This document shows positions 17,573 to 27,494 of a DNA stretch of 41,684 bases, piece by piece. Each line of letters opens with the position of its first letter. The stretch's first letter is position 1. A program made the translations under genes and the position numbers. Origin of the DNA: Euryarchaeota archaeon UBA170 (GTDB lineage: Archaea; Thermoplasmatota; Poseidoniia; Poseidoniales; Thalassarchaeaceae); the NCBI GenBank assembly GCA_002499345.1, contig DALF01000034.1, positions 1 to 41,684 of the forward strand, written 5' to 3'. A model generated the notes under the pieces. The model worked only from the letters and a program-made list of their open reading frames with translations. It searched no databases and had not been told where the DNA came from.

Positions 17573-19570
17573 ATGGGTGCGCACAATAGGGTTGGCACTG
17601 CCTCTATTGTATTGATTTTTTTATTGACTATTGCGGGACCGATTGTTAATGTATCGGCGCAGGAGGGAAGTTGCTGCTCGGGAGACGAATTTGAACTATT
17701 TTTGATAGGGGACCCTGATTCGGGAATTCTGACGCCGTTTGAATCAGAAATCGATGAAGGCGATTCAAGATTAGTAAATCAAGTTCTGCAACCTGTTGAA
17801 GTTGGAACATGGGGCGTCGATTGGGGTATTGATGGCGAATATCCAGCTGGAGATTGGGAATTCAATATCCATTATGAAGTACAGGGAGCAGTTGGGGTCA
17901 ATATCAATATCACAGTAGAGGTAAGAATTGGCGGTTCATTCTACGAAGGTGGAACTTCCGGAATTGAGCCCTATCTCACAGGAGAAGGAGACGTTCAATC
18001 GATCATCAGCGTGGGATCGGGAGATGTACGAGAGGATGATGAGGTAGAGGTTAGTCTAATTGTTCAGTTATTGGGTTTCAATCAACCGGGAGACGATTCG
18101 GGAGTGATTTTTCATTGGGGAAGTGATGATAAATCTTCTAGTATTTCTGTAAAGCTTCCACTGGTAGAAATTGAAATGAAGGAAGCAAGTGTTAGTGGAA
18201 ACTTAGTATATTTTCCCATTCTTCTATCATCCGGATTTGACGACAGGATATGGTCGTCCTCTTCGGGTAGTTTTGAAGTCCAGAATATTGCAGTAACCGA
18301 CAAGCCAGTGGCTACCTTGGTCGGAGGGGGTGTCGAAGTGACCTTTGTATGGAGTTTGCCAGAGGGAGTGGAGAGTGGATCTTTCTTAGCTGAATTCACC
18401 TTAGAGCCACAGAATGGCCTACAGATTAGTGCTAATATGTCTCATTTCATAGAAGCCGGCGAAGATGATGGAGGAGGGGGCTCTTGGTATCCTGCTAGTG
18501 AGCCCCTTAGGACCGGAGGGTCCGGGATACTAGTATCAATAGACGCCGAATGGGATGGAAAGGAGGTCGATAAGCGGATATCGCTGGAATTTGATGGTTC
18601 GATGTCACAGTGGGTGAGATGGGGACTTGACAATATTGGCAACTCCAGTCTTGGATCTAGCAGCTGGTGGAGGAATCTAAACTCATACTCGGACTCTGTC
18701 CCTGACTCTGATTTCAATAATAAAATGGTAGATAGTTCTGAGCTGGAGGCCCTTGCTGGATACCTAAGGGGGTCAAATGCTGATTTGAGGTCTTTTCTTT
18801 CTAATGGATTATTCATAGAGTCTGAGTCGGTAATTGGCATTGATCCAATCGAACTGGGCCCTACTGAGATTACTATTGATCTTGGAGGAACTAGTGGTTT
18901 CAGTTCCGAAACTATAACGATAAAAATATCTACAATATACTCCGTTATGGAAGGAGATAGGCAACTATTGATTGAGTCATTCGCCAAGTCTACCGCTGAA
19001 GATTACTGGACAGCGATTTCTATTGATGTTCGGCTAAAGGGATCTATGCTCACCGATATAGGAATTGTTACAGCCAGTGGAGTCGATTACTCTCATAGGA
19101 GATGGATTGTGTCTGAAAGCCTGTCTGTCGAGGGATCTGATTTAGATTCAGAGGAGGCGTTTAGAGTAGAATTTGTTCCAACTGGAAATGGACTTTTCAG
19201 CGTTTTATTGGGCTCTGGGATGATGGTATTGATCCTTAGCCTATCAATAGGACTGGGAATGACCATGACCAGAAATAGATCTAGATTCCCCACTATGATT
19301 ACTGTCACCGCCCTTGGAGCATTATCATTTGGGATTTATTTCCTTGGCCTCCCGATGCAAATGGTCCTAGGAATTGTTGCCTGCAGCCTACTGCTGGTCC
19401 TGCCAATCTCATTACTATCTCCTAAATTGAGGAATAGTGGAGGGGGGCATTCTAATGCACCCCGAGTTAGTTGTCCTTCATGTGGAGCTAGTGTGGCTGT
19501 AGAATCAGACGTTAGGCCCCTGAGGATTAGCTGTAGTGCTTGCAACAGCGTGATAAGGATTGAAGAGTGA
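17573..19570 (+). CDS. Hypothetical membrane protein: large acidic extracellular region, 3 TM helices, C-terminal zinc ribbon
   Basis: Signal peptide; three C-terminal hydrophobic segments; CPSC...CSAC at the C-terminus. Confidence 0.75.
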   Translation: MGAHNRVGTASIVLIFLLTIAGPIVNVSAQEGSCCSGDEFELFLIGDPDSGILTPFESEIDEGDSRLVNQVLQPVEVGTWGVDWGIDGEYPAGDWEFNIHYEVQGAVGVNINITVEVRIGGSFYEGGTSGIEPYLTGEGDVQSIISVGSGDVREDDEVEVSLIVQLLGFNQPGDDSGVIFHWGSDDKSSSISVKLPLVEIEMKEASVSGNLVYFPILLSSGFDDRIWSSSSGSFEVQNIAVTDKPVATLVGGGVEVTFVWSLPEGVESGSFLAEFTLEPQNGLQISANMSHFIEAGEDDGGGGSWYPASEPLRTGGSGILVSIDAEWDGKEVDKRISLEFDGSMSQWVRWGLDNIGNSSLGSSSWWRNLNSYSDSVPDSDFNNKMVDSSELEALAGYLRGSNADLRSFLSNGLFIESESVIGIDPIELGPTEITIDLGGTSGFSSETITIKISTIYSVMEGDRQLLIESFAKSTAEDYWTAISIDVRLKGSMLTDIGIVTASGVDYSHRRWIVSESLSVEGSDLDSEEAFRVEFVPTGNGLFSVLLGSGMMVLILSLSIGLGMTMTRNRSRFPTMITVTALGALSFGIYFLGLPMQMVLGIVACSLLLVLPISLLSPKLRNSGGGHSNAPRVSCPSCGASVAVESDVRPLRISCSACNSVIRIEE

Positions 19571-20431
19571 TTATAATCTCCCATCTCTGAGGATTTTATC
19601 CATTAATTCGGATGTAGCTATTTTTGGATCTTTATCTTTCCAGATAACCGAAGAAGCCCTTATTTGACTAGCCAAGTCTACATCCCAACCCGGTGCCAGA
19701 ATACAGTTCCACACTATCTCTTCTAGTCTCGATGTTGAGGGGTTGCTAGAGTCGAGAGCACCTCTGCAGAGATGGGATATGGATCTGGCCCTTCCCTCCT
19801 CTCCCATAGAATCCCACCTATCTGAAATCTCCTTCAAGGAGTTTTCATCTACGAAGTCTAAAGTATCGACATTTGGTTGTGGTACCTCTGTTAATGGAAT
19901 TACTCGTATACTACCTTCAATGGTAAGTATTTCTTTTAGTGATGCGTAGACCGGGTCATAAGTCATATCCATACAAGCATGAATCCAATTCCCAGATATA
20001 GCCCATGGCCTTATTTTCCTGACTAATTTGCCTGAAGGAGATATCAATTGAGCTATTGAATGGCAAATTGCGACGGTTGTCAGAGGTCCAATCTTGTCAT
20101 CCCCCCGATGCCCCGTCAATGCAGGAGACATTGTTTCGCAAATCCTTAGGATATTTTTTTCATGGTCCCATGTCACTCCCTTTGCTTCCCCACTGTTCTG
20201 AATGATTATTGAGTTACTCGGAATATTATCATCAATTTTTCCTATTCGTCTCCTGTATGGCGTTTTAGAATCAATTAATGAAGCCTCTATTGGCACCATT
20301 GAAAGCGCGCCTGGAAGATTGGCATCAGAGAGCAGACAAATTCTATTTCCTTGAACCATCAGTCGTGATAGGGCATTTCTGATCGTATCTTCGACGTCAG
20401 AAAATAAATCGGTTGAAATGAGGTCCCTCAT
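19571..20431 (-). CDS. Hypothetical protein, probably a degenerate RecJ/DHH-family homologue
   Basis: Position right after rps15, where archaea usually encode a DHH phosphoesterase; RICLLSDANLPGALS resembles the 'V.SH.DADGi.s' motif I with catalytic residues lost. Confidence 0.5.
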   Translation of the reverse strand: MRDLISTDLFSDVEDTIRNALSRLMVQGNRICLLSDANLPGALSMVPIEASLIDSKTPYRRRIGKIDDNIPSNSIIIQNSGEAKGVTWDHEKNILRICETMSPALTGHRGDDKIGPLTTVAICHSIAQLISPSGKLVRKIRPWAISGNWIHACMDMTYDPVYASLKEILTIEGSIRVIPLTEVPQPNVDTLDFVDENSLKEISDRWDSMGEEGRARSISHLCRGALDSSNPSTSRLEEIVWNCILAPGWDVDLASQIRASSVIWKDKDPKIATSELMDKILRDGRL

Positions 20432-20475
20432 GACTGGCCTAACTGGTTTAGAGTACGGATCTTCTACTATGGGCC

Positions 20476-20931
20476 TTATTCTACAATTAGCCTTAGTTGA
20501 TCCCTCTTATATTGCCAACCATCATCTAACTTATTTGTACCCTTGTAGTAGTTTGCTAAGCGGCGTATCTTGGATTCACAAAGCTCGAGTTGCCTCCGAT
20601 TGTGCTTATCTTTTGGATTGTTATTAATATGGTCTATTAGTCCTTGGGCCCTTCTCATCAGGTTCATCATGTCCTCGGGATAATTAGGAGATATACCATT
20701 TCTAGATAGGATTTGAGAAATTCTCTCTCCAGTAGCTAAACGAACATCTGGAACTGCAAATCTATCTCTGAGGATAGTGCCTATCATGGCATTTGAATGG
20801 CCTTCCTTATTGAGATCTAGGATATGAGACTCGATTACTTTCTTATCCGATTCCGACCAATTAGGAACGACTGTAGTGAACGGCTTTGAGGAGCCACTGG
20901 AGCCTTTTCCACCAGAGTGCATGCGTGACAT
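20476..20931 (-). CDS. rps15: 30S ribosomal protein S15 (uS15/S13e-type)
   Basis: MSRMHSGGKGSSGSSKP, IGTILRD, PEDMMNL, DKHNRRQLELCESKIRRLANYYK. Confidence 0.97.
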   Translation of the reverse strand: MSRMHSGGKGSSGSSKPFTTVVPNWSESDKKVIESHILDLNKEGHSNAMIGTILRDRFAVPDVRLATGERISQILSRNGISPNYPEDMMNLMRRAQGLIDHINNNPKDKHNRRQLELCESKIRRLANYYKGTNKLDDGWQYKRDQLRLIVE

Positions 20932-20999
20932 ATAGAATCTCCGAGCGCGGCGACTTGCTCTCCCTCTTTAACCACTACGTAAATGCGGCGGCCTATTTT

Positions 21000-22778
21000 T
21001 CATAATCTATGACGTGCCCTTGCCAGTCTTCCCGGCCCCGATGGCCACTCCCAACCTGGTGCTACTGCTCTGGCACTTCCAATCAGTACTCCGCCTTGAG
21101 TCACCAGAATTTCCTCGCCAGATCTGATTTGACCCGATACCGACTCCAGATTAGTAGGGAAAATATCTCCCTTCCAATCATGATTTTCTAGAATACTAAC
21201 TGAGGGGAAGCACCCACTATCATGAAGAAGAGGTAGTGATTTCTTCGAGAAGGCGAACCTCCCATCACGAGGATTCCATTTTGCTAATTGCTCACCGTCT
21301 TTGGAAATACTCAATATGGGCAATCTTCCAGAAACTGTACTGCCCTCTAGCCAGGAGTCCGTACCATGCATAAATCTGGATCTGGACTTCATCACTTCCA
21401 TCCTATGTTGCTTCTCTGATTTATCTCCAAGATTCATCTTATCTATGGAATCCAAAACACGGCTTTGTAACTCTTTAAGAGACTCCTTAGAGCCTGCAGT
21501 TCCTCTCCTGGTATTGTGGCATACGATTCTGTCTATGGAGAAGTCCATTCCAGAATGATTGATAATTTCACTGTAATTTGACCTCTCGCAAATTTTCGAT
21601 AACATTGAGCCTACCATTTCTAATTCATCCGCATCCCAATCTCCGGTCACCGGTATGTCATAATGTGCTGCTGGCCATAAGTCCTCTAACTCCCTTGGAA
21701 CGAGTCCTAGGGGAGAAGTGACCATAATTTGATGTGCTCTATTGCTAGGTATATTTCTAAGGAAGCGGTGATGACTTTGGGAAAGACGGTATGGCTTAGT
21801 CGCCGAACATGGAAGCAAGATTAGTATTCGTTCTTGGTGACTGGGAGGAGTATGTATACTTGAGACTCTTTTTCTCCAATCATTAACTAATGGATCCTGT
21901 CTACTAATTGGGGAGTTGTACCTCAGTTTTCTTCCACTGGTGTCTACTGCAGTGAGATTAGAACGCCCCCTGTTCGACCGAGTAAGTTTGTCGTGTCTTC
22001 TGAGTCTCTCGACTGACCTTGGGCTTGAAAGACTGGATTTCTCAGCTAGCTCCCTAACAGTCCCCGATCTAATTGCTGACCTCAGAGATGCGATTGAATA
22101 TCTCCAGTGCCCTAGTTGGGCCTCCATATTTACATTCTCCCCTAAAGAATAATCTGCATGTCTTGGACCATCCGATGTGAGGAGGAGGCCGTTTGCATTT
22201 GCTATTCTTGATCTTGAAAGGTCGAATAGATCTACGCCGAACCATGATAATACCGCACAGTTGTCAGGACCTGCTATACCAGGAGTCCAAATTAGTGAGG
22301 AAGGGAACCTTCTCCTAACGACATCTAATGCCTCTGCCAATTTTCCACCAGAATTAGATAGTTGGGGCGCATCTGTTATTGCAATGACTGAGGGCTGGAG
22401 TTCTGATTCCACCAGAGATATGTCATGATGTAGAGATTGCCAAGATATAGGTAGAAATTCGGTTCCTGAGCCGAATTCACCAGAATTGGATGTTGCGAGA
22501 CTGGAAGGCAGCACTAAGCCTTCCGATCCAGTCCAATTATCCTTACCATCAAAGGGGAAGCACAGGTTCCCTCTAGTACAGAGTTTCAATTCTGCGGGAA
22601 AATTGCTCGAATTTCTGTAAAAGATGAAAGGGGCGATTTCTAGATCAATAGAAGGATCTACTTCAGATAGAACCAAACCAGGTGCCCATGAGCTAGGATT
22701 CCTCCTATCGCCCAGAGAAAAAAGTCTAGAAAATCGATTTCTAGAGATGATTTCTCTCGAAAGGGGCCTGCCACTCAT
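21000..22778 (-). CDS. arcS: Archaeosine synthase (ArcS/TgtA2) with C-terminal PUA domain
   Basis: LSWFGVDLFD, LLPCSATKPYRLSQSH, TSPLGLVPRELE..WPAAHYDIPVTGDW, PUA-like C-terminus. Confidence 0.9.
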   Translation of the reverse strand: MSGRPLSREIISRNRFSRLFSLGDRRNPSSWAPGLVLSEVDPSIDLEIAPFIFYRNSSNFPAELKLCTRGNLCFPFDGKDNWTGSEGLVLPSSLATSNSGEFGSGTEFLPISWQSLHHDISLVESELQPSVIAITDAPQLSNSGGKLAEALDVVRRRFPSSLIWTPGIAGPDNCAVLSWFGVDLFDLSRSRIANANGLLLTSDGPRHADYSLGENVNMEAQLGHWRYSIASLRSAIRSGTVRELAEKSSLSSPRSVERLRRHDKLTRSNRGRSNLTAVDTSGRKLRYNSPISRQDPLVNDWRKRVSSIHTPPSHQERILILLPCSATKPYRLSQSHHRFLRNIPSNRAHQIMVTSPLGLVPRELEDLWPAAHYDIPVTGDWDADELEMVGSMLSKICERSNYSEIINHSGMDFSIDRIVCHNTRRGTAGSKESLKELQSRVLDSIDKMNLGDKSEKQHRMEVMKSRSRFMHGTDSWLEGSTVSGRLPILSISKDGEQLAKWNPRDGRFAFSKKSLPLLHDSGCFPSVSILENHDWKGDIFPTNLESVSGQIRSGEEILVTQGGVLIGSARAVAPGWEWPSGPGRLARARHRL

Positions 22779-22838
22779 GCACCTGCGAGTGGAACATTTC
22801 GCTTGAAGGATTCTAAGGCATGACTGTTTCCGGCTGAC

Positions 22839-24977
22839 ATGGGCGCGGCGAGAGTTAGGGCAATAGTAGCCGTTCTGATACTGATAATTTCAATTAATGC
22901 CGGAGCTGATGGCGAAGATGGGACGGAATTATTCATCGTAGGCGATTCAGATGCTAGGGGGCCATTCTGGATACAATTTACCTGTGAGCTGGATTCTTGT
23001 CAGGATATGGAGCTAGTTATCTGGGCGGATGGCTCACAATATACAATCACCGACTCCCATAGTGTAGAATGGAGCGGTTTGATTGGAGAGGAGGTATCAT
23101 GGGAACTCCATGGAAGTCTATCTCTGGATGCTGGAGACTTTGTGATGAGTTCCATCATAGGCAATCCATCAGACATAGTCGAGGGTACTGACCTTCCTGA
23201 CTTGGTCCCATCCCCGGGTCAGCTTGGAGATTGGACCTCAATATCTGCAACCTCTACTTGTCAACTCAATAGGTGCGATCATGATGAGTTTTTATCAGAG
23301 GGGGCTTCTTTCCTTGGCGTACTCGATAGTTCTGCAGACGATGATGCAATATTGATCGAAGGGGATGTTGGAGACGTCATCAAGATATCGAATATAGAAA
23401 GTTCCGAAGGCGCGAGTATTGAATATTGGAGCAGGTCTGATTCTAAAATTCTGATTGGCTCTATTTCTTCGGACGGTTCTGATAGGGTTTACTTAGACTA
23501 TCCGGAAAATGCCGAGCTCTGGGTCCGAGTGGTTCATTCAGATGAGAGTGACTTTTCCACTTATAGGTTCGATATAGTCAGGTACGATGATGAGTCTGAA
23601 GGGCCAATGGGAGAGGAACTTGGCAATCCCTGGCCTTATGAATTCCCTTTGGTTGGAAATTCTACTAAGCATGATATCTACAGGGGCCACATATCGTCTA
23701 ACGATCAGTCGGGAGATTCATTATTGATTTCATCCGGAGCTAAAATTAAGCTTCGGGTTATCTGCCAGTTCACAGAAGAGGCGTCTTTGGAGATACTCTT
23801 ACATGACCTACACGGAGAAATCGAACAAATTATAGAAAGTTCCCAAGGATGTCCGAGTTATGTCAATACCACTGGTTCCACCATAGGCGTAGAGTTCAGG
23901 ATAAATTCCGAAGAAGTAATGGGATGGGATATTGAGATAATCTTTCCTGATGAAGGCGATGGGGTACTTATTGGGGATGCGCCTGATTTGTTATGGCTAG
24001 AGACGGGGCCTTCAGAATTCTGGGATGTCCTTACCCCTGGCAGTACCTCTTATTCTGGTAATTTAGGTGTCGGAGACAGGATAGACATTCATCCGTTTGA
24101 GATAACAGATTTGAATGGCTCTAAGGTAATGGTTAGATCTGATATTGAGTCGCCGGTTACCTATCAGATTCAGTCACTAAGTCAAGAGAGTTGGCAAATT
24201 CTGAATTACACTAATGGTTCGGAGATTAGTGTCCCACTGGGCACCCATGCAATAAGAGTAGAGGGGCTTTCCCCTGTAGTTGGAGAGATAGGATATGAGT
24301 TTTACATAGTTTATCTGGGAGAGGACATACCGGATGATGGGGAATATCAGGACCTTTCTCACCTATTCACCAATTTCTATCTACTGATAGGTGGCTTGAT
24401 GTTACTTCCCCTAGCAGTGGTACTTTGGTGGAATAGATCTGGGGTTTTCAAAAGGAGTATTTCTCAGTCGGACTTTGATATCCATGGCCTACACAGGTTG
24501 GATCTCCTTAGGGAGAGATTATCCACGAGTAGTAACGGCTTAGAAGATAGCCCTGAGGAGATTGTGAAAGCACTTAAGATGCTAGGAGATAGCTCGTGGG
24601 AGAATGTACTCAGCGACTTAGGAAAGCCGTCACTGAGGCACATGACTGAACAAATAGAAATATGCAGCTGGATTATTCCAGAAAGTGAATTTCTGGTTCT
24701 GGGCATCAGAACCTTCGAATATAGATGGGAGTTATCTGCATTATCAGTTAGCTCTCCAGAGGGCTCAATTGTATCAATTGAGAAAGTTAGTCCGGACCAT
24801 ATGTTCGATAATATGGAGGTTTTCCTTGATTCAATGGAACCTGGAACTAAGAGATTCCTGAGATTGGAAATTGGCGGAAGTCCATCTCTGATTGAGTTAG
24901 AAGTTTCAGGATTGATAGCAGGAGAGCCGGTTGCGGCCGTACCTAGAGAGGCGCTCGTGTTTGGAAAAAATGACTAG
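22839..24977 (+). CDS. Hypothetical single-pass membrane protein with acidic extracellular beta-rich domains and a folded cytoplasmic domain
   Basis: Signal peptide; TM FYLLIGGLMLLPLAVVLWW; about 180 aa after the TM. Confidence 0.75.
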   Translation: MGAARVRAIVAVLILIISINAGADGEDGTELFIVGDSDARGPFWIQFTCELDSCQDMELVIWADGSQYTITDSHSVEWSGLIGEEVSWELHGSLSLDAGDFVMSSIIGNPSDIVEGTDLPDLVPSPGQLGDWTSISATSTCQLNRCDHDEFLSEGASFLGVLDSSADDDAILIEGDVGDVIKISNIESSEGASIEYWSRSDSKILIGSISSDGSDRVYLDYPENAELWVRVVHSDESDFSTYRFDIVRYDDESEGPMGEELGNPWPYEFPLVGNSTKHDIYRGHISSNDQSGDSLLISSGAKIKLRVICQFTEEASLEILLHDLHGEIEQIIESSQGCPSYVNTTGSTIGVEFRINSEEVMGWDIEIIFPDEGDGVLIGDAPDLLWLETGPSEFWDVLTPGSTSYSGNLGVGDRIDIHPFEITDLNGSKVMVRSDIESPVTYQIQSLSQESWQILNYTNGSEISVPLGTHAIRVEGLSPVVGEIGYEFYIVYLGEDIPDDGEYQDLSHLFTNFYLLIGGLMLLPLAVVLWWNRSGVFKRSISQSDFDIHGLHRLDLLRERLSTSSNGLEDSPEEIVKALKMLGDSSWENVLSDLGKPSLRHMTEQIEICSWIIPESEFLVLGIRTFEYRWELSALSVSSPEGSIVSIEKVSPDHMFDNMEVFLDSMEPGTKRFLRLEIGGSPSLIELEVSGLIAGEPVAAVPREALVFGKND

Positions 24978-24978
24978 T

Positions 24979-26118
24979 TCAATTCCTTCTCTTTGTTGCT
25001 TCTTCCCTAATTCTTTCTTCTATACTATCGGGGTCGGAACCAAGAATATCGGACATCGAAGAGATTCTCTTTTTCTCATTTCTGGAAAGCTTGGCAGGCA
25101 TATCTAGTTTCAAAACTATCATTACTGATCCTCTTCTTTTACTTCCTTGCATGGGCAAGCCCCTTCCTCTAATTTCTATAGTATCTCCTGGTTGGGAGCC
25201 CGCATCTATCTTTATCTGGAGATTTTCACCATCAATATGGGGGATATCTATTTTAGCACCGAGAGCTAGATCTGAAAATCCTACTGGAAGTCCCATCAAT
25301 AAATCGGCAGAGTCTCGTTCGAACCAAGGGTGCCGTTGAATTTCAATCTCTATGTAGAGGTCTCCGGTCGTTCCATTATCCTCCTTGGGCGCCCCCCCGT
25401 AACCTCTCATCCTGAGTCTTACACCCGAAGAGATGCCCGGGGGGATGGTGAATTTTACTCTCTTAGCCTGATTTGAACGGCCTTGACCTTTACAGGATAC
25501 ACAGGGGTCAGTGATGAGTTTCCCATTACCATTACAGGAGGGGCAATCAGAAACCGCTCTTTGAGTAAATGGGCCCATCCTTTCCACCCTCTCAATCCTT
25601 CCCCTTCCCTCGCAATTTGGACATATCCTTACGCCCGAAGGATCTCTTGAACCTCTTCCTTGACAATCTTTGCACTGCCTCATTACCTCAATTTCTATCT
25701 CCTCTTCAGAGCCATCCATGGCAACTTGAAATGGAACTGTGTGACGATACATTAGATCGTCCCCTTTGGCCCTCCTTCGCCCTCTGGACGAACCGAAAAA
25801 CTGATTGAAAATACCATCGAATCCACCTCCAAATAAGTCATCCAAGCTTATGTTAACTCCTTGGAACCCACCAGGGCCGAATGGGGACGATCCTGGGCCA
25901 CCGTGTCCGAATGTGTCATACTTCCTTCTTTCTTCTTGATTGGATAGTATGGCATATGCCTCTTGGACCTCTTTGAATTTCTTCTCTGCTTCTGAGTCAT
26001 CAGGATTTTTATCCGGATGATACTTTCTCGCCAGTGAGCGGAAAGCCCCTGTAATGTCTCCTTCTGAAGCATTTCTGCCTACTCCAAGGACCTCGTAGTA
26101 GTCCCTCTTCTGCGTCAT
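24979..26118 (-). CDS. dnaJ: Chaperone DnaJ (class A)
   Basis: J domain with HPD, G/F-rich linker, four CxxCxGxG repeats, C-terminal substrate-binding domain. Confidence 0.96.
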   Translation of the reverse strand: MTQKRDYYEVLGVGRNASEGDITGAFRSLARKYHPDKNPDDSEAEKKFKEVQEAYAILSNQEERRKYDTFGHGGPGSSPFGPGGFQGVNISLDDLFGGGFDGIFNQFFGSSRGRRRAKGDDLMYRHTVPFQVAMDGSEEEIEIEVMRQCKDCQGRGSRDPSGVRICPNCEGRGRIERVERMGPFTQRAVSDCPSCNGNGKLITDPCVSCKGQGRSNQAKRVKFTIPPGISSGVRLRMRGYGGAPKEDNGTTGDLYIEIEIQRHPWFERDSADLLMGLPVGFSDLALGAKIDIPHIDGENLQIKIDAGSQPGDTIEIRGRGLPMQGSKRRGSVMIVLKLDMPAKLSRNEKKRISSMSDILGSDPDSIEERIREEATKRRN

Positions 26119-26157
26119 GATGTCGAAGGCTAAAGTGGGGGTGATTTGAATCGTTCC

Positions 26158-26922
26158 CTACGAAATCAGATAATTCCCACATGATGTACAGTACTGAGAG
26201 TCAGAATTGTTCATTACTCCGCAATGATTGCATGTTAGTACTGATCTGACATTTCTAGAGGCGGGTGCCGCATCCCAGAGACTATCGCCAAGGTTGTCCT
26301 TGGAGCTAATTTTATTGGCCCTCTCGAGGTTTTTGATTCTAGTCTTTTCTTCCTTTCTCTTTTTCTTCAAAAGTCTCCTTCTAGCAGAGTTGTCAAGATA
26401 TGAGCTAATGAAAATAGATATTGAAAATCTATTCTTTTGTTCTTTTTCTGATGTCAAGTTCTCTTCATCAACAATCGTTTGAAGACCAGAAACACGTACC
26501 TCAGGCTCATATCCTTCATCAACTTCAGACTCTTCCATTTCGGAGTTTATGCCGCCAACTTTTCCTGACATTCTCTTGTTTACCTTTGAGTTGATTCTTC
26601 TATTTGATGAGCTTGCCTTAATCTCCAGCCTCTCCAATGCGCGATCAGATTTCTCCTCCCAAAGCCCCCTATCCTCACTTTTGTAAGTCTTCGACAGCCT
26701 CCTTATTGCCTGCGATCTGTGGAACTCGTGATCTTCCACCCTTTGAAATCTGTATAGCATCAGTGCCCCCAAACAAAGGGCCCCGATATGTATGGAAAAC
26801 TCCAATACGGAGTCCTGAGATATCACCTCTTCGAGTGCTGGCAACCCGAATCTAATCGCGACGACACATAACGTTGGCGCGAATAACAACGCCAGCGAGA
26901 TAGCAGAAGAACGATTCGTCAT
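26158..26922 (-). CDS. Hypothetical 2-TM membrane protein with C-terminal zinc ribbon
   Basis: Two N-terminal hydrophobic helices, charged middle, CNHC...YCTSCG. Confidence 0.75.
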   Translation of the reverse strand: MTNRSSAISLALLFAPTLCVVAIRFGLPALEEVISQDSVLEFSIHIGALCLGALMLYRFQRVEDHEFHRSQAIRRLSKTYKSEDRGLWEEKSDRALERLEIKASSSNRRINSKVNKRMSGKVGGINSEMEESEVDEGYEPEVRVSGLQTIVDEENLTSEKEQKNRFSISIFISSYLDNSARRRLLKKKRKEEKTRIKNLERANKISSKDNLGDSLWDAAPASRNVRSVLTCNHCGVMNNSDSQYCTSCGNYLIS

Positions 26923-26963
26923 ATGTACTCCCTAGAAATTACCCATTTGAATCATTCGTGTAG

Positions 26964-27494
26964 ATGGGCGAGCATGGACAAAACTTTCAGCCTCGTCGCA
27001 CTCGAACGGATGTGATTAGAGAGATTGAGATTTCAACTACCTTACATCCGCACGAGGATTTAGATAAGGTTATTGAGTCTGTAAAATCTTTTTTTCCCGA
27101 TTGGAATCCAGAAATTCCGGAAAGAAAAATAGGTTTTCCCTCGGGTAATAATCCTGAAATAATCTATGGAACTTCGTCCTCACTAGATATTTTTCTTGAG
27201 GCGCTGAGAAAGCAATCAATCCTCGATACTGCATTGGATGCGATGACCTTGGAGGAGGATGATCAGATTTGCGATTTCTCGATTTCAAGACTAGCATCTT
27301 TGTCCAATAAGGTATCATTCACACTTGGCGAAAGAGTTCTTGGAGGGAGTATCGATATTTCCATAACTGGCAACGGACTAATTGAATGGCTGGAGACATC
27401 TACTTGGCACGAGGGGAGAAGAGACGTTCCCCGTGGCGTTGGTGACGAGCTGTCGATGCACAGGGATGGAAACCCTAGAGAGTGGTTCGACTAG
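26964..27494 (+). CDS. UPF0201/COG1931-like archaeal RNA-binding protein
   Basis: IEISTTLHPHEDLDKVIESVKSFFP, LRKQSILDTA, LGGSIDISI; the true start may be the GTG at ~27012. Confidence 0.7.
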   Translation: MGEHGQNFQPRRTRTDVIREIEISTTLHPHEDLDKVIESVKSFFPDWNPEIPERKIGFPSGNNPEIIYGTSSSLDIFLEALRKQSILDTALDAMTLEEDDQICDFSISRLASLSNKVSFTLGERVLGGSIDISITGNGLIEWLETSTWHEGRRDVPRGVGDELSMHRDGNPREWFD

